From an uncultured virus (IMG/VR IMGVR_UViG_3300007538_000001) (lineage: Duplodnaviria > Heunggongvirae > Uroviricota > Caudoviricetes > Crassvirales): DNA of 64,000 nt. The notes below the pieces were generated by a model. That model made no database searches, was not told where the DNA came from, and saw only the letters and a list, made by a program, of their open reading frames with translations. Numbering within the stretch: position 1 is the first letter of the stretch; every line of letters begins with the position of its first letter. The DNA is taken from IMG/VR virus record IMGVR_UViG_3300007538_000001; one strand, written 5' to 3'. Positions 18,078 through 27,700 of the stretch are shown one piece after another. The translations under genes and the position numbers were made by a program.

Positions 18078-20749
18078 TGTCGGATAAGAAGAATATAAAG
18101 AAAGATTTTGATAGAGAAGCCTTTAAGAAGGCTATTGCTCATGTTGAGTCTAGTGGAGGTAAGTTTCTAGAAAATACAACTAGTTCTGCCGCCGGTAGGT
18201 ATCATTTTTTGTATAGATATATTCAGGATATTCCTTTATTACGCGGCGTAACTAAACGTGAGTTTATTAACAGGCCTGAGCTTCAAGAGCAAGTAATGGA
18301 TATGGCCATAGATGGTACTCTTCCTGGATTTCCTTCGTATAAAGAATACGCAAAGGAACTTCAAGGTAAGTATAGAACAAATTTAGGATTACATGATATT
18401 GCTGCACTAACACATTTCTTAGGTAAGGGTGGTGTTAAAAAGTACCTATCTAATCCTGATGGATTTGTTGTTCCAGGTAAGAATGCAAGCGTATTACAAT
18501 ATATAAATAAATTTAGAAAAGCTTTTGGTCCAGACTCTACTATTTCAGATCAAGATATTGCTAAAAACAGTCCTGCTGAAGCAGGATTAAATGTAAAAGT
18601 TCAAGACAAGACAGCTGTTGCTCCTAAGGTTATTAAAGAAGAAAAGTTTAACTTTAAAGACTCAGGAAGAGATTATATAGACTATCTTAATAATGGAGAG
18701 TTATATGATAAAGCTCCTGTTGAAGCTGAAGGTACTATTAAAGCAGTTGAAAATACAGATGAAGCTCCGACAGAAGCTCAGTCACAAACTCCGACACAAA
18801 CTGGGTCACAAGTAGGTGAAGGCACTGTATTAGCAGAGGATCCTAAAAAAATATTACCAGTAACAGGTGAGCTTGCGGGCAAACCAATGGATGAGCATTT
18901 AGGTTTCTTAAACACTCTTGCAATGGGAGGTTTCTTAAATCAACATGGTGCTCAGGATATTATACCTATTGAGAATGGTGGTACACATGAAGAGAATCCT
19001 TATGGTGGCGTACCTATGGGTATAGGCGCTAATGGCAAAATGAACACTGTTGAAGAAGGTGAAGTTAAATTTGGAGATTACGTTTTTTCAAATAGACTAT
19101 CACTTGGTGGACCAATTACTCAATTAGGTACAAAAGCAAATACATTTGCTGATGGAGGTGATCTAAATAAAGAAAAAGATAAAGAAAAAGATAAAGAAGA
19201 ACTATCTGAATCTGATTTATCAACCAAAATTCTTAGAAACATTTTACCTATTCCTAATAACGCGGCTCAATTAGTCTCAAGTCTTGCAAATAGTGACAGT
19301 AAGTTTAGTACTAAAGATTCAAGCTCGGCAGCTAATAAACACCTGTATAGAAGCGTACTTAATGCTATAAAAAGAACTGGAAAGACCCAAGGTGGCACAG
19401 AATACGAAGATTACAGCAAGGATATAAGCAAAGATCTCAATGGATTGTCAATGAAATCTCCTAATATGATTGCAGGTAGTTTTGTATCTCCAGAACTTGA
19501 GGCTGCTACTACATTTGGAAGAGTCTCATATAAGCAAAATCCTGAAACAGGAGAGATAGAAATATACGATTCTTATGACTTTAGTAAAACTGGTGATAAG
19601 AATAATGTTTATGCAAAAATAAGAAAAAAAGCTGGAGATGTTTCTGATGGAAAATTAGATTCAAAACCAAAACTTATAGGTAAATTTAATCCTAACGAAG
19701 AAAAAGATTTTATTGGTAAAATAGGTGATTTTATGGACAATGTACTAAATCCAATAGATAATTTTAATATACCTTATTCTTCTGTAAAAAAAACTAGTGA
19801 TGCGGTATATAATTCTGGAAAAAACGCGTATGATTATGGAAAAAAAATAATAAATGAAGGTTTAGATTCTTTGTCTAATATGTTCGATAAAGGCGGAGAC
19901 TTGACAGGTCCAACAGACCCAAAGAAAAAAGAATCTAAAAAGAACTCTGATAATCCTGTTACTGATCCGGTGTTTGGACCTGTACTTGAGGATAAACCCT
20001 TAGAATTTATAAAAAATGAATGGCAAACAACTGGATATGGAGGGCTGAAAAAAGTTTCAGAGACATTTGAAGTTCCTGATGTTAGAGAAGACTACATGAT
20101 AGATAATTATGTCACTACACAGAAAAGTGATAAGGTTAACTTTGACTTAGCTATTAATGATAAGAATGCGCTAGAGTTTCTAAACAGATACAATAATCCA
20201 TGGTCAAGACAAAAATTAGCTGAGCAAGCTGGGCTAAGTCCTGAGGATATAGATAATATGATATTAAAAGGACTTAATGTAGACAAAGAAATTGGCGGAG
20301 AAGTTCTTGGATCTAAAGCATCTTATGATGCGTCAAAAAATAAAATTAATATGGGCCCTGAATTTGAAGGTAAAACAGGTGTTGAGACCCATGAAAGAGT
20401 TCATGCTAGTTTATTTGATGCAGCTCAGGGAGAAAACTTAATGAAGATATTAGGCAATCCTTTTCAACAGGAAACTAGAAGCTTCATGAAAAAGCATTCT
20501 CCTGACACTGTTCGTTATCTTAAAAAGCCACATGAGGCTTATGGTAATTTTGTAGAGTTTAGAGAAAAACTAGGATTAAAGCCTGGTGAGCAGATTGATG
20601 AAAAAGAACTAAATAAAAGAATAAAAGCAAAAGGCCTTACAAATGAAAACTTTATTAGAGTTTTCGATGATAGTAAAGTAGTAGAAGCATTAAACACAAT
20701 TGCCAAAGTAGATACAAAACCTACAATGGACGAATATAGAATAGCATAA
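18077..20749 (+). CDS. Multidomain virion cargo protein: lysozyme-like domain, crAss cargo motif and C-terminal HExxH domain
   Basis: AIAHVESSGG...SSAAGRYHF (lysozyme/SLT-like catalytic Glu region); GGTHEENPYGGVPMG...N.VEEGEV (crAss cargo motif); HERVH...PHE.Y (zincin-like). Confidence 0.7.
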   Translation: MSDKKNIKKDFDREAFKKAIAHVESSGGKFLENTTSSAAGRYHFLYRYIQDIPLLRGVTKREFINRPELQEQVMDMAIDGTLPGFPSYKEYAKELQGKYRTNLGLHDIAALTHFLGKGGVKKYLSNPDGFVVPGKNASVLQYINKFRKAFGPDSTISDQDIAKNSPAEAGLNVKVQDKTAVAPKVIKEEKFNFKDSGRDYIDYLNNGELYDKAPVEAEGTIKAVENTDEAPTEAQSQTPTQTGSQVGEGTVLAEDPKKILPVTGELAGKPMDEHLGFLNTLAMGGFLNQHGAQDIIPIENGGTHEENPYGGVPMGIGANGKMNTVEEGEVKFGDYVFSNRLSLGGPITQLGTKANTFADGGDLNKEKDKEKDKEELSESDLSTKILRNILPIPNNAAQLVSSLANSDSKFSTKDSSSAANKHLYRSVLNAIKRTGKTQGGTEYEDYSKDISKDLNGLSMKSPNMIAGSFVSPELEAATTFGRVSYKQNPETGEIEIYDSYDFSKTGDKNNVYAKIRKKAGDVSDGKLDSKPKLIGKFNPNEEKDFIGKIGDFMDNVLNPIDNFNIPYSSVKKTSDAVYNSGKNAYDYGKKIINEGLDSLSNMFDKGGDLTGPTDPKKKESKKNSDNPVTDPVFGPVLEDKPLEFIKNEWQTTGYGGLKKVSETFEVPDVREDYMIDNYVTTQKSDKVNFDLAINDKNALEFLNRYNNPWSRQKLAEQAGLSPEDIDNMILKGLNVDKEIGGEVLGSKASYDASKNKINMGPEFEGKTGVETHERVHASLFDAAQGENLMKILGNPFQQETRSFMKKHSPDTVRYLKKPHEAYGNFVEFREKLGLKPGEQIDEKELNKRIKAKGLTNENFIRVFDDSKVVEALNTIAKVDTKPTMDEYRIA

Positions 20750-22278
20750 TGAAAAAGAAAGAAAGCAATAGCATAATGGAGATGTTCAATTTACCTTCGT
20801 ATACAAAAGGTAAAACTTTTGCTGAAGCTAGTAAACTAATTGCCAAGAAGTTTGAGGGTAGAACAGATAAGGAGTCTGTTGATACTCTTCAAGATCTACA
20901 AGGAAGGTTACAGCAAGCACAAGAGTACATTAAAAAGCAGTCTCAGCCAACTGAGCAACCACAACCACAAGCTCCTGCAATGGGGCCTACTAATGATCAT
21001 TTCCTAGGAGGTATAATGAGTATGTTAGGTGGTGCTGGTGGAGCTGCCGGTGGGGCAGCAAGCGCCGCTGGTGCGGCGGGCGCAGCAGGAGGAGCAGCAG
21101 GTTTATTAGGTGGAGCGTCGTCTGCAATACCTGGACTAGGAGCTCTGTCTAAAGCTCCAGAAGCTATTAATCATTTTAAAGAAGGTAATGCCGCTAAAGG
21201 TATTATGAGTGCAGCAAGTGGAGCTGCTAGTATGATACCTGGTGTAGGCGCAATAGCTTCTCCAATTCTTGATATAGCAGGAAGTTTTATAGGTAATGGG
21301 GCCGCTGAAAAAAAGGCACAAGATATAGCTGTAAATAATACTGCTACTCAGGCTAAAGCATTTAATAATAAATATGCAGGTGGAGGATTTATGGATAATA
21401 TAGATCCTAATGAATTGGTAAGTATGTTGAAAGCACAAGGAAATACATCTCTTACAACACAAGGCCCTATTGGAGGTCCTGTAATGAATTCAGCTGGTAG
21501 AGAAATACAACAAACAGTAAATGAAGGAATCAGTCCTTCTGGAGTAACAGGAATGAGAGGTTTACCAGAAACATCTGTTAATGCTGGTATTGAAGCTCAA
21601 GGATTGGCTCAAGTAGGACAATCTGCTGAAGAGCAATTAAGATCTAGTGCTTTAAAAGGACTAGAACCACTTACTAATTCAGCACAAGGTACAGAACAAG
21701 ATACGGCACAAGAAGGCGGATATGATCCATCTACATTATTAAGATATGCGCCTGCTGTTACTGATGCTTATCAATTAGCTACTCTTGAGAAACCTGATGA
21801 AGTATCAAGAGGTAGACTTGGAAACAAGTATCAATCACAACAAGTAGACGAAAGAAGTTTAGTTCAAGGAGTTCAAGAAGGTATAAATAACAACAGAGAT
21901 GCTATATTAGGTTCATCTGGTGGTTCTGGAGCAGCTGCTCGAGCTAATTTACTAGGATTAAGTCTTCAGGGAACAAAAGCTTTATCTAGCGCTATGCAAT
22001 CAGCTGGTGAAGCTAATAGACAAGATAATAGAACTGGACAACAGTTTAATTTAGGTGTTGATCAAACTAACTTACAGCAATCAAATGCTGAGCAATTAGC
22101 TAATGAGCAAAATCAAGGTGCTTATGATACTCAGAAGAGTCAATTGATTTCTCAATTAGGATCCAACCTTGGCGAAGTAGGAAAAGAACAATTATTCAAA
22201 AAATACCCAGAGCTAATGGGAATGGACTTTGATGCTCTTGGCAAGTATATGAACGGCAAGAAAAAAAAGAAAAAATAA
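20749..22278 (+). CDS. Virion cargo/ejection protein with Gly/Ala-rich membrane-inserting segments
   Basis: TFA.ASK.I segment, a long Gly/Ala hydrophobic tract, LRYAP, SGG..AA.RANLL and a Gln/Asn-rich helical region, as in crAss cargo protein 1. Confidence 0.7.
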   Translation: MKKKESNSIMEMFNLPSYTKGKTFAEASKLIAKKFEGRTDKESVDTLQDLQGRLQQAQEYIKKQSQPTEQPQPQAPAMGPTNDHFLGGIMSMLGGAGGAAGGAASAAGAAGAAGGAAGLLGGASSAIPGLGALSKAPEAINHFKEGNAAKGIMSAASGAASMIPGVGAIASPILDIAGSFIGNGAAEKKAQDIAVNNTATQAKAFNNKYAGGGFMDNIDPNELVSMLKAQGNTSLTTQGPIGGPVMNSAGREIQQTVNEGISPSGVTGMRGLPETSVNAGIEAQGLAQVGQSAEEQLRSSALKGLEPLTNSAQGTEQDTAQEGGYDPSTLLRYAPAVTDAYQLATLEKPDEVSRGRLGNKYQSQQVDERSLVQGVQEGINNNRDAILGSSGGSGAAARANLLGLSLQGTKALSSAMQSAGEANRQDNRTGQQFNLGVDQTNLQQSNAEQLANEQNQGAYDTQKSQLISQLGSNLGEVGKEQLFKKYPELMGMDFDALGKYMNGKKKKKK

Positions 22279-22279
22279 G

Positions 22280-22471
22280 ATGACTAGAGCGTATTTATTG
22301 TTACTAAATGTAGTTGACAATGATGATATTTATATTGATCATAGGTTAAACAGATTCGTAATCACTTACAATAATGAAAGAATTATCATTAAATGTGAGG
22401 ATGTTAAGGATTTTATCACTATATTTATGAATGATAAGAATGCGATGTTAACAAAGCTTAACGACAAATAA
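22280..22471 (+). CDS. Small hypothetical protein
   Basis: 63-aa ORF tightly packed between cargo genes. Confidence 0.5.
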   Translation: MTRAYLLLLNVVDNDDIYIDHRLNRFVITYNNERIIIKCEDVKDFITIFMNDKNAMLTKLNDK

Positions 22472-22472
22472 T

Positions 22473-24740
22473 ATGAGTAACAGATTTTCACAAACTACAA
22501 CAGCAGGATTTAAGGGTCTTTCCTTAGATGAGATAATGGCTATTCCATTAGCTAAACAAACTCGTCAGGATGCTTCATTGGCGGCAACTGATGAATTACA
22601 AGCGCTAGAAGCTAAAAGACTTGAGAGTGATGCTCCTGTCGTTGATGCAGAATTAGAAAGAATTAGAAAGGAATCAGAACAGATTTCAAAAGACTTAATG
22701 GAAAGAGGTGTAGATAGAAACTTATCTAATAAACTTCGTAGTCTTAGATCATCTCAAAAGAAATCCTTTGGTGCTTCTGGAGTTGTTGGTCAATCTGAAG
22801 CTAACTATAAAGCGGCTCAGTCTTATATTAATAATCTTGCAACTAAGAAAGAACAACAAGCTGGATGGTCACCTCAACAAGCTAAAATATGGGCTACCTC
22901 ACAGGTTAGTAATTTTGGCAGTTCATTTGATGAATTAGGTAATTTTAGACAGTTTCAAGGAGCAGGTATGTCTCAAAAGGTAGAGAGTAATGATTGGATT
23001 AATAAAAATCTAAAACTTATTGCTTCAGATACTAATCAAGAGATGATGAAATATGCTGGTAATTTAGATCAATTCAATGAAGCATATGCCTCTGGTCTAG
23101 TTACAGAGAAAGACTTCAATAAGATTATGTCTTCCTTAACCATTATGGCAGCTAATGATCCGGATTTACAAGCATCTCTAAAACAACAACAATTCTTTGA
23201 CCCCAATGCAGGTGATCCAAAAAATATTGGATCATGGTCTGTAAAATACAGAGAAGATGGTACAAAGACTGACGTATTTACACCTGGTAATGAATTTGGT
23301 AGACAATTGTATGGCGCCGCATTAGGAGTTAAATCAATGGATAAGACATATAAGTTTCATTTTCAAACTGATATTGCTGCTAAAGCTTTATTTGAAGCTG
23401 GCCTTGAAGAAAAAGAAGCTAATGCATTAGTTAGAGCTGCTGATGGTGTATTGAATACTATTACTCCTGATAATATTGATCAGATTAGAGAAAATACAGA
23501 TTTAGCTTTAAAAGAACTTGATAGACAAACTGGTGCTTTAGCTGCTAACTGGACTCCAGAGAGAATAAAGGCTAATCCTGATGCGTATGCTTTAGCTCAA
23601 AAGAGTCTTAATGATTCTAAAGTTAAGTATTTTAATCTCCAGAATAGAATTAAGAGTATAGAAAAAGAAACATTTAAAGAGCTTACTCCTGTTGAACAGG
23701 AAGGAAAAGTTTTATATGATAAATTAAGAGAGGGTATTCCAGGTTATGAACAAGCTAAAAATCAAGATGAGGTTATAACATCTTTAACTGATGCTATTAG
23801 AAAATTACCTGGCGGAAAAGAAGTTGTTGGAGAAAGTGGTACTTTAAGTGAGAGCGGAACAGGAAGTGATGAAATGGAGAATTTCTTAACTTCTAAATAT
23901 CTAGAACTTAAAGGTGAGAAAGTTAACAAAAATTCAAGAGCAAATAGAAGTATATTTAACTGGGTTGGTAGTGAAGACTTAGCTTATGATGATGGTATTG
24001 TAGATAAAATGAAAGATGGAGCAAGGGCCCTTAAAGATAAATCTAAAAAATATCTTGAGCAAAACCCTTATTCTGAATCGTATACTGAATTCGGAGCATT
24101 AAACTCTGGTAAGTATTCTAGTAGAATTGGTGCTATTAACCAAAATCTAACAGATAATTTCCAAGGAGCTGGATACTCAGAAGCTTATACTGGTATGTCA
24201 ATAAACCAATATGTTCAAGAGAATTATCCAACTGACCCTTCTTCAACTGAAGCTAAATATAACTTTGAAATAAGAGTTACGGATGGACTAGATGCCATGG
24301 GTTACCCAATTGAACACTTAGTTATTAAGGACAGAAATGGTTCTGTAATGGAAGTTAAAAGTGTAACAAGAGGTGAGGCTGGTAGAAAAGAACAAAGAGA
24401 AACTGGTATTGAGTTGATGAAATCTACTGATCCTACTCTACAAAAGAAAGGTAAACAAATGCTTGCTAATGATACTATGATGCCTATGATTAAACAAAAT
24501 GGTGGACTTAGAACAGGAGCTGTTGAAGGTCAGTTTACAGGAGAATACAGTAAAGTTGATGTAGATGGAAAGGAACTTCCAATAGTTTGGACTAAAGAAG
24601 AAATAGGTGGTCAAGAAATATGGAGAGTAAACGTTGGAGGATTTAAATCAAGAGAAATACACGGCGAAACAGATATGGCTTCATATCTTGCCGATGAATT
24701 ATTAGCAGAAATAGATAAATATGGTACAGGAGACAATTAA
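22473..24740 (+). CDS. Virion cargo/ejection protein
   Basis: MSNRF N-terminus with an L..DEI...P segment; helical and Cys-free; synteny with crAss cargo genes. Confidence 0.65.
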   Translation: MSNRFSQTTTAGFKGLSLDEIMAIPLAKQTRQDASLAATDELQALEAKRLESDAPVVDAELERIRKESEQISKDLMERGVDRNLSNKLRSLRSSQKKSFGASGVVGQSEANYKAAQSYINNLATKKEQQAGWSPQQAKIWATSQVSNFGSSFDELGNFRQFQGAGMSQKVESNDWINKNLKLIASDTNQEMMKYAGNLDQFNEAYASGLVTEKDFNKIMSSLTIMAANDPDLQASLKQQQFFDPNAGDPKNIGSWSVKYREDGTKTDVFTPGNEFGRQLYGAALGVKSMDKTYKFHFQTDIAAKALFEAGLEEKEANALVRAADGVLNTITPDNIDQIRENTDLALKELDRQTGALAANWTPERIKANPDAYALAQKSLNDSKVKYFNLQNRIKSIEKETFKELTPVEQEGKVLYDKLREGIPGYEQAKNQDEVITSLTDAIRKLPGGKEVVGESGTLSESGTGSDEMENFLTSKYLELKGEKVNKNSRANRSIFNWVGSEDLAYDDGIVDKMKDGARALKDKSKKYLEQNPYSESYTEFGALNSGKYSSRIGAINQNLTDNFQGAGYSEAYTGMSINQYVQENYPTDPSSTEAKYNFEIRVTDGLDAMGYPIEHLVIKDRNGSVMEVKSVTRGEAGRKEQRETGIELMKSTDPTLQKKGKQMLANDTMMPMIKQNGGLRTGAVEGQFTGEYSKVDVDGKELPIVWTKEEIGGQEIWRVNVGGFKSREIHGETDMASYLADELLAEIDKYGTGDN

Positions 24741-27700
24741 TGATCCTTTAGACTTAAGCATTGTAGAGAACGCATCAACAGATGAGACGTTAATGCAAAA
24801 AGATCCTCAAGAGGATACTAAGCCTAAGGCTAAAGCTAAGTTTGCTAGTGTTGACCCTACTGAAGAAGTTGTAGCTGATGACCCTAATAACGGTAAAGCT
24901 AAATTTTCAGGTGGAGGCCCACAGGTTGTTCAAGATAAAATGTATAAAGGATTAGATATCGAAGATTATACAGACTATCTTGGATCTAACATCTTTATGC
25001 CTACTGGTGGCGTTGACGCTTTAAATAAGCAACGCGCTATGAATCAATCCGGTTGGGAGCAAGCAGGTAATATGCTTGGTCAAGCTGTTGTTGGTGAAAT
25101 TGTAGGTGGTACTATTGAAGGTTTAGGTTACATCTTAGATGTTGGTAGCGCACTGGATTATATGACTGGTAATGAAAAGGACTGGGGTAACTTTATGACT
25201 GAAGCTGGTAAAGGATTAAGAACATGGAGTCAAGATGCAATGGCTATACATACTGTTAATCCAGGTAAATTTGATCCGGGAGATTCAGGATGGTGGTTTA
25301 GTAACGGTGTTAGTGTAGCTTCTACATTAAGCATGCTTATCCCTTCTATGGCTGCAACCAAAGCATTAGGCTTCTTGGGTAAGGGAGCAAGTAAGCTTGG
25401 TGGTAAATTCTCTAAGATACTTGATGTTGCAGGAAACATGGGTAAACAAGCTACATGGATGACAGAAGGTATTTCTCAAGCAATAGTATCTAGACATATA
25501 GAAAATTCTATGGAAGCTAGTGGCACATTCGAAAGTGCAAAAGCTGATTACTTAACAAGAACAAATAAAGAAACAGGATTACCATTTACTGAAGAAGAAG
25601 CAACTAAATTAGCTTCTGAGGCCGCTGCTTCTAACTACAATAAAGGCTGGGCCATGTTACTTCAAGATATACCCCAGTATTTAGCATTAGGTAAAATCTT
25701 CAATCCTCACACAGGTAGAATGGAGAATGCTTTATCTAAGGCTTCTCAAAAAGGTAAACAATTAAAATTAAAACCATGGCAACAAAAAGTTGGTAGTGGA
25801 ATTGGAACATTCTTGTCTGAAGGTTTTGAAGAATCTTACCAATATTATATTGCAGAACAAGGTAAAGCACTTGCTGATCTAAATGCTGGATTAATCACAA
25901 GAGATAAGTATAATGAGATCATGTCTGACGCCATTGGCTCTGACGAGATGATGACTTCTGCATTCTTTGGTGGATTAGGTGGTAATTTATTTCAAATGGC
26001 AGGTAAGGGCTTAAATGAGCTCGGAAAAGGAAAGAAAAGAAGAGAATTCGAAAGCAATTACGAGGAAACTTATAGGTCTACACTTAATGATCGTGCTAAG
26101 AATTTCATGTCTATGCAACAAAGGCTAGCTGATGCTGACAACAACGATAATGTTGAGGCCAGAGAGATGGTATTAGATGAAATGATGTTGATGATGACTA
26201 CTGATGCACTGCACCGTGGTAAATTTGATCAACATATTGAATCTCTTCAAGGTATAGCTAACATGACTAAAGAAGAAGCTAAAGCTTTAGAACAACAAGG
26301 TGGTGGTGAATTCAATTTAGAATTAGCTAAGAAGAGTATTCCTGAAATAATCAAAAAGTCTGAAGAGATGAGATTAGATTATTTGAAGTTCTCTAACAAA
26401 TACGAAGGTAATATTGCGGCTAAAATGGCCCAAAACAATTACAGAACTAAAAGATTTGTTGAAAACTCAAAGAAGATGGATGAAAAAATCCAATCTACTA
26501 CTTATTCTGTTCCGAATATTAATGCTATGTCTACAACTCAACTTAATAAAGTTGAAGGAGTAATTAAGTTAAGAGCTTTAGCTGAAATGAATCAAGCATT
26601 TAAAGATCAACTTAAATCAGGTAAAGTAAGTGAGTTAAGAAAACCACATATTGAAAAAATCATAAAAGAAAATGAGGCTAGAATATCTAAGCTAACTAAA
26701 CAATATGATGCTGAAAATAAAGATGATCCAAGAGATGCTGACAAAAAGAGAGAAGATTCTAGGATAGCGCAAGGTTTCACAAAAGATATCACTGATGAGC
26801 TTGTTCAAGCTAATATGGTTAAGGAGCGTAATAACGCAGAGATAATGCTTAATCAATTAGAGAATGATGCTATTCGTAGTGAAAGTTATAGAAATGGCCT
26901 TAAAAAAGAAGCTTTAAAAGAAAAGGTTAACTCTAAAATAGAGAATGAAGAGCAAGGTGAGGCTATTAAGAAGGAAATTGAAGATGCTCCATTCTTAACT
27001 AAGGATGAAAAAGCTGCTGAACTTGCTACTGTTAATGAGAATATAGAGGAATTAGCTAATGAGGCTGCTGTTGCTCAAGAATATAAGAATGATGAGGCTA
27101 GAGAAGCTGAGAAGTTAGCTGCTGTTAATGAAGCTAAGAAAGATACTAAGACTATAACCAATGCTAACAATGCTAAGGTTAATGATAACGTAGAAGATGA
27201 GTTCGCTGAGGAGCAAACTACTGTCTCTAAGATTACTAAAAGCAAAGAGAAGTCACAAGATAGAGCTATTAATACTAAAGCGTATAAGAACATAAAGGTT
27301 CCTATGTATGCTAATCTTAATGGTCCTGGTTGGAAAGACTGGGTGTTTAATGGTAAGGACAAAACTGGAATCAAGGATGGCAAACCAGTCATTTTAGATT
27401 TTGTAATAGGTGATCCTGGTGGAAAATATTCGCAATTAGCCCAACAGGCAATTAATATTTACAACAGAGCTAAGGCTAATCCTAAAAACAAGCTTACATC
27501 TGAGGAAAAAGATATTTTATTTAATCATCTTCCTATAAAGATTCAACTTACTGAAGAGATTTGGTCATATATACCTGCATTCTCTCCATCAAATACATTC
27601 TTTAAAACTAATGAATTGCCAAAAAGAGAGGCTATCATTAGACAGATGTTTAAAGGAAACACTAAAACTCAAGTTACTTATCAATTTGGAGGAAACTTAC

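Noticed and set aside
19158..19200. Short tandem repeat AAAGAAAAAGAT
   Set aside because: It encodes a KEKDKEKDKE linker; too short to imply a separate function.
21020..21125. GC-rich low-complexity tract
   Set aside because: It is explained by the Gly/Ala-rich protein segment; it is not a DNA repeat array or foreign insert.
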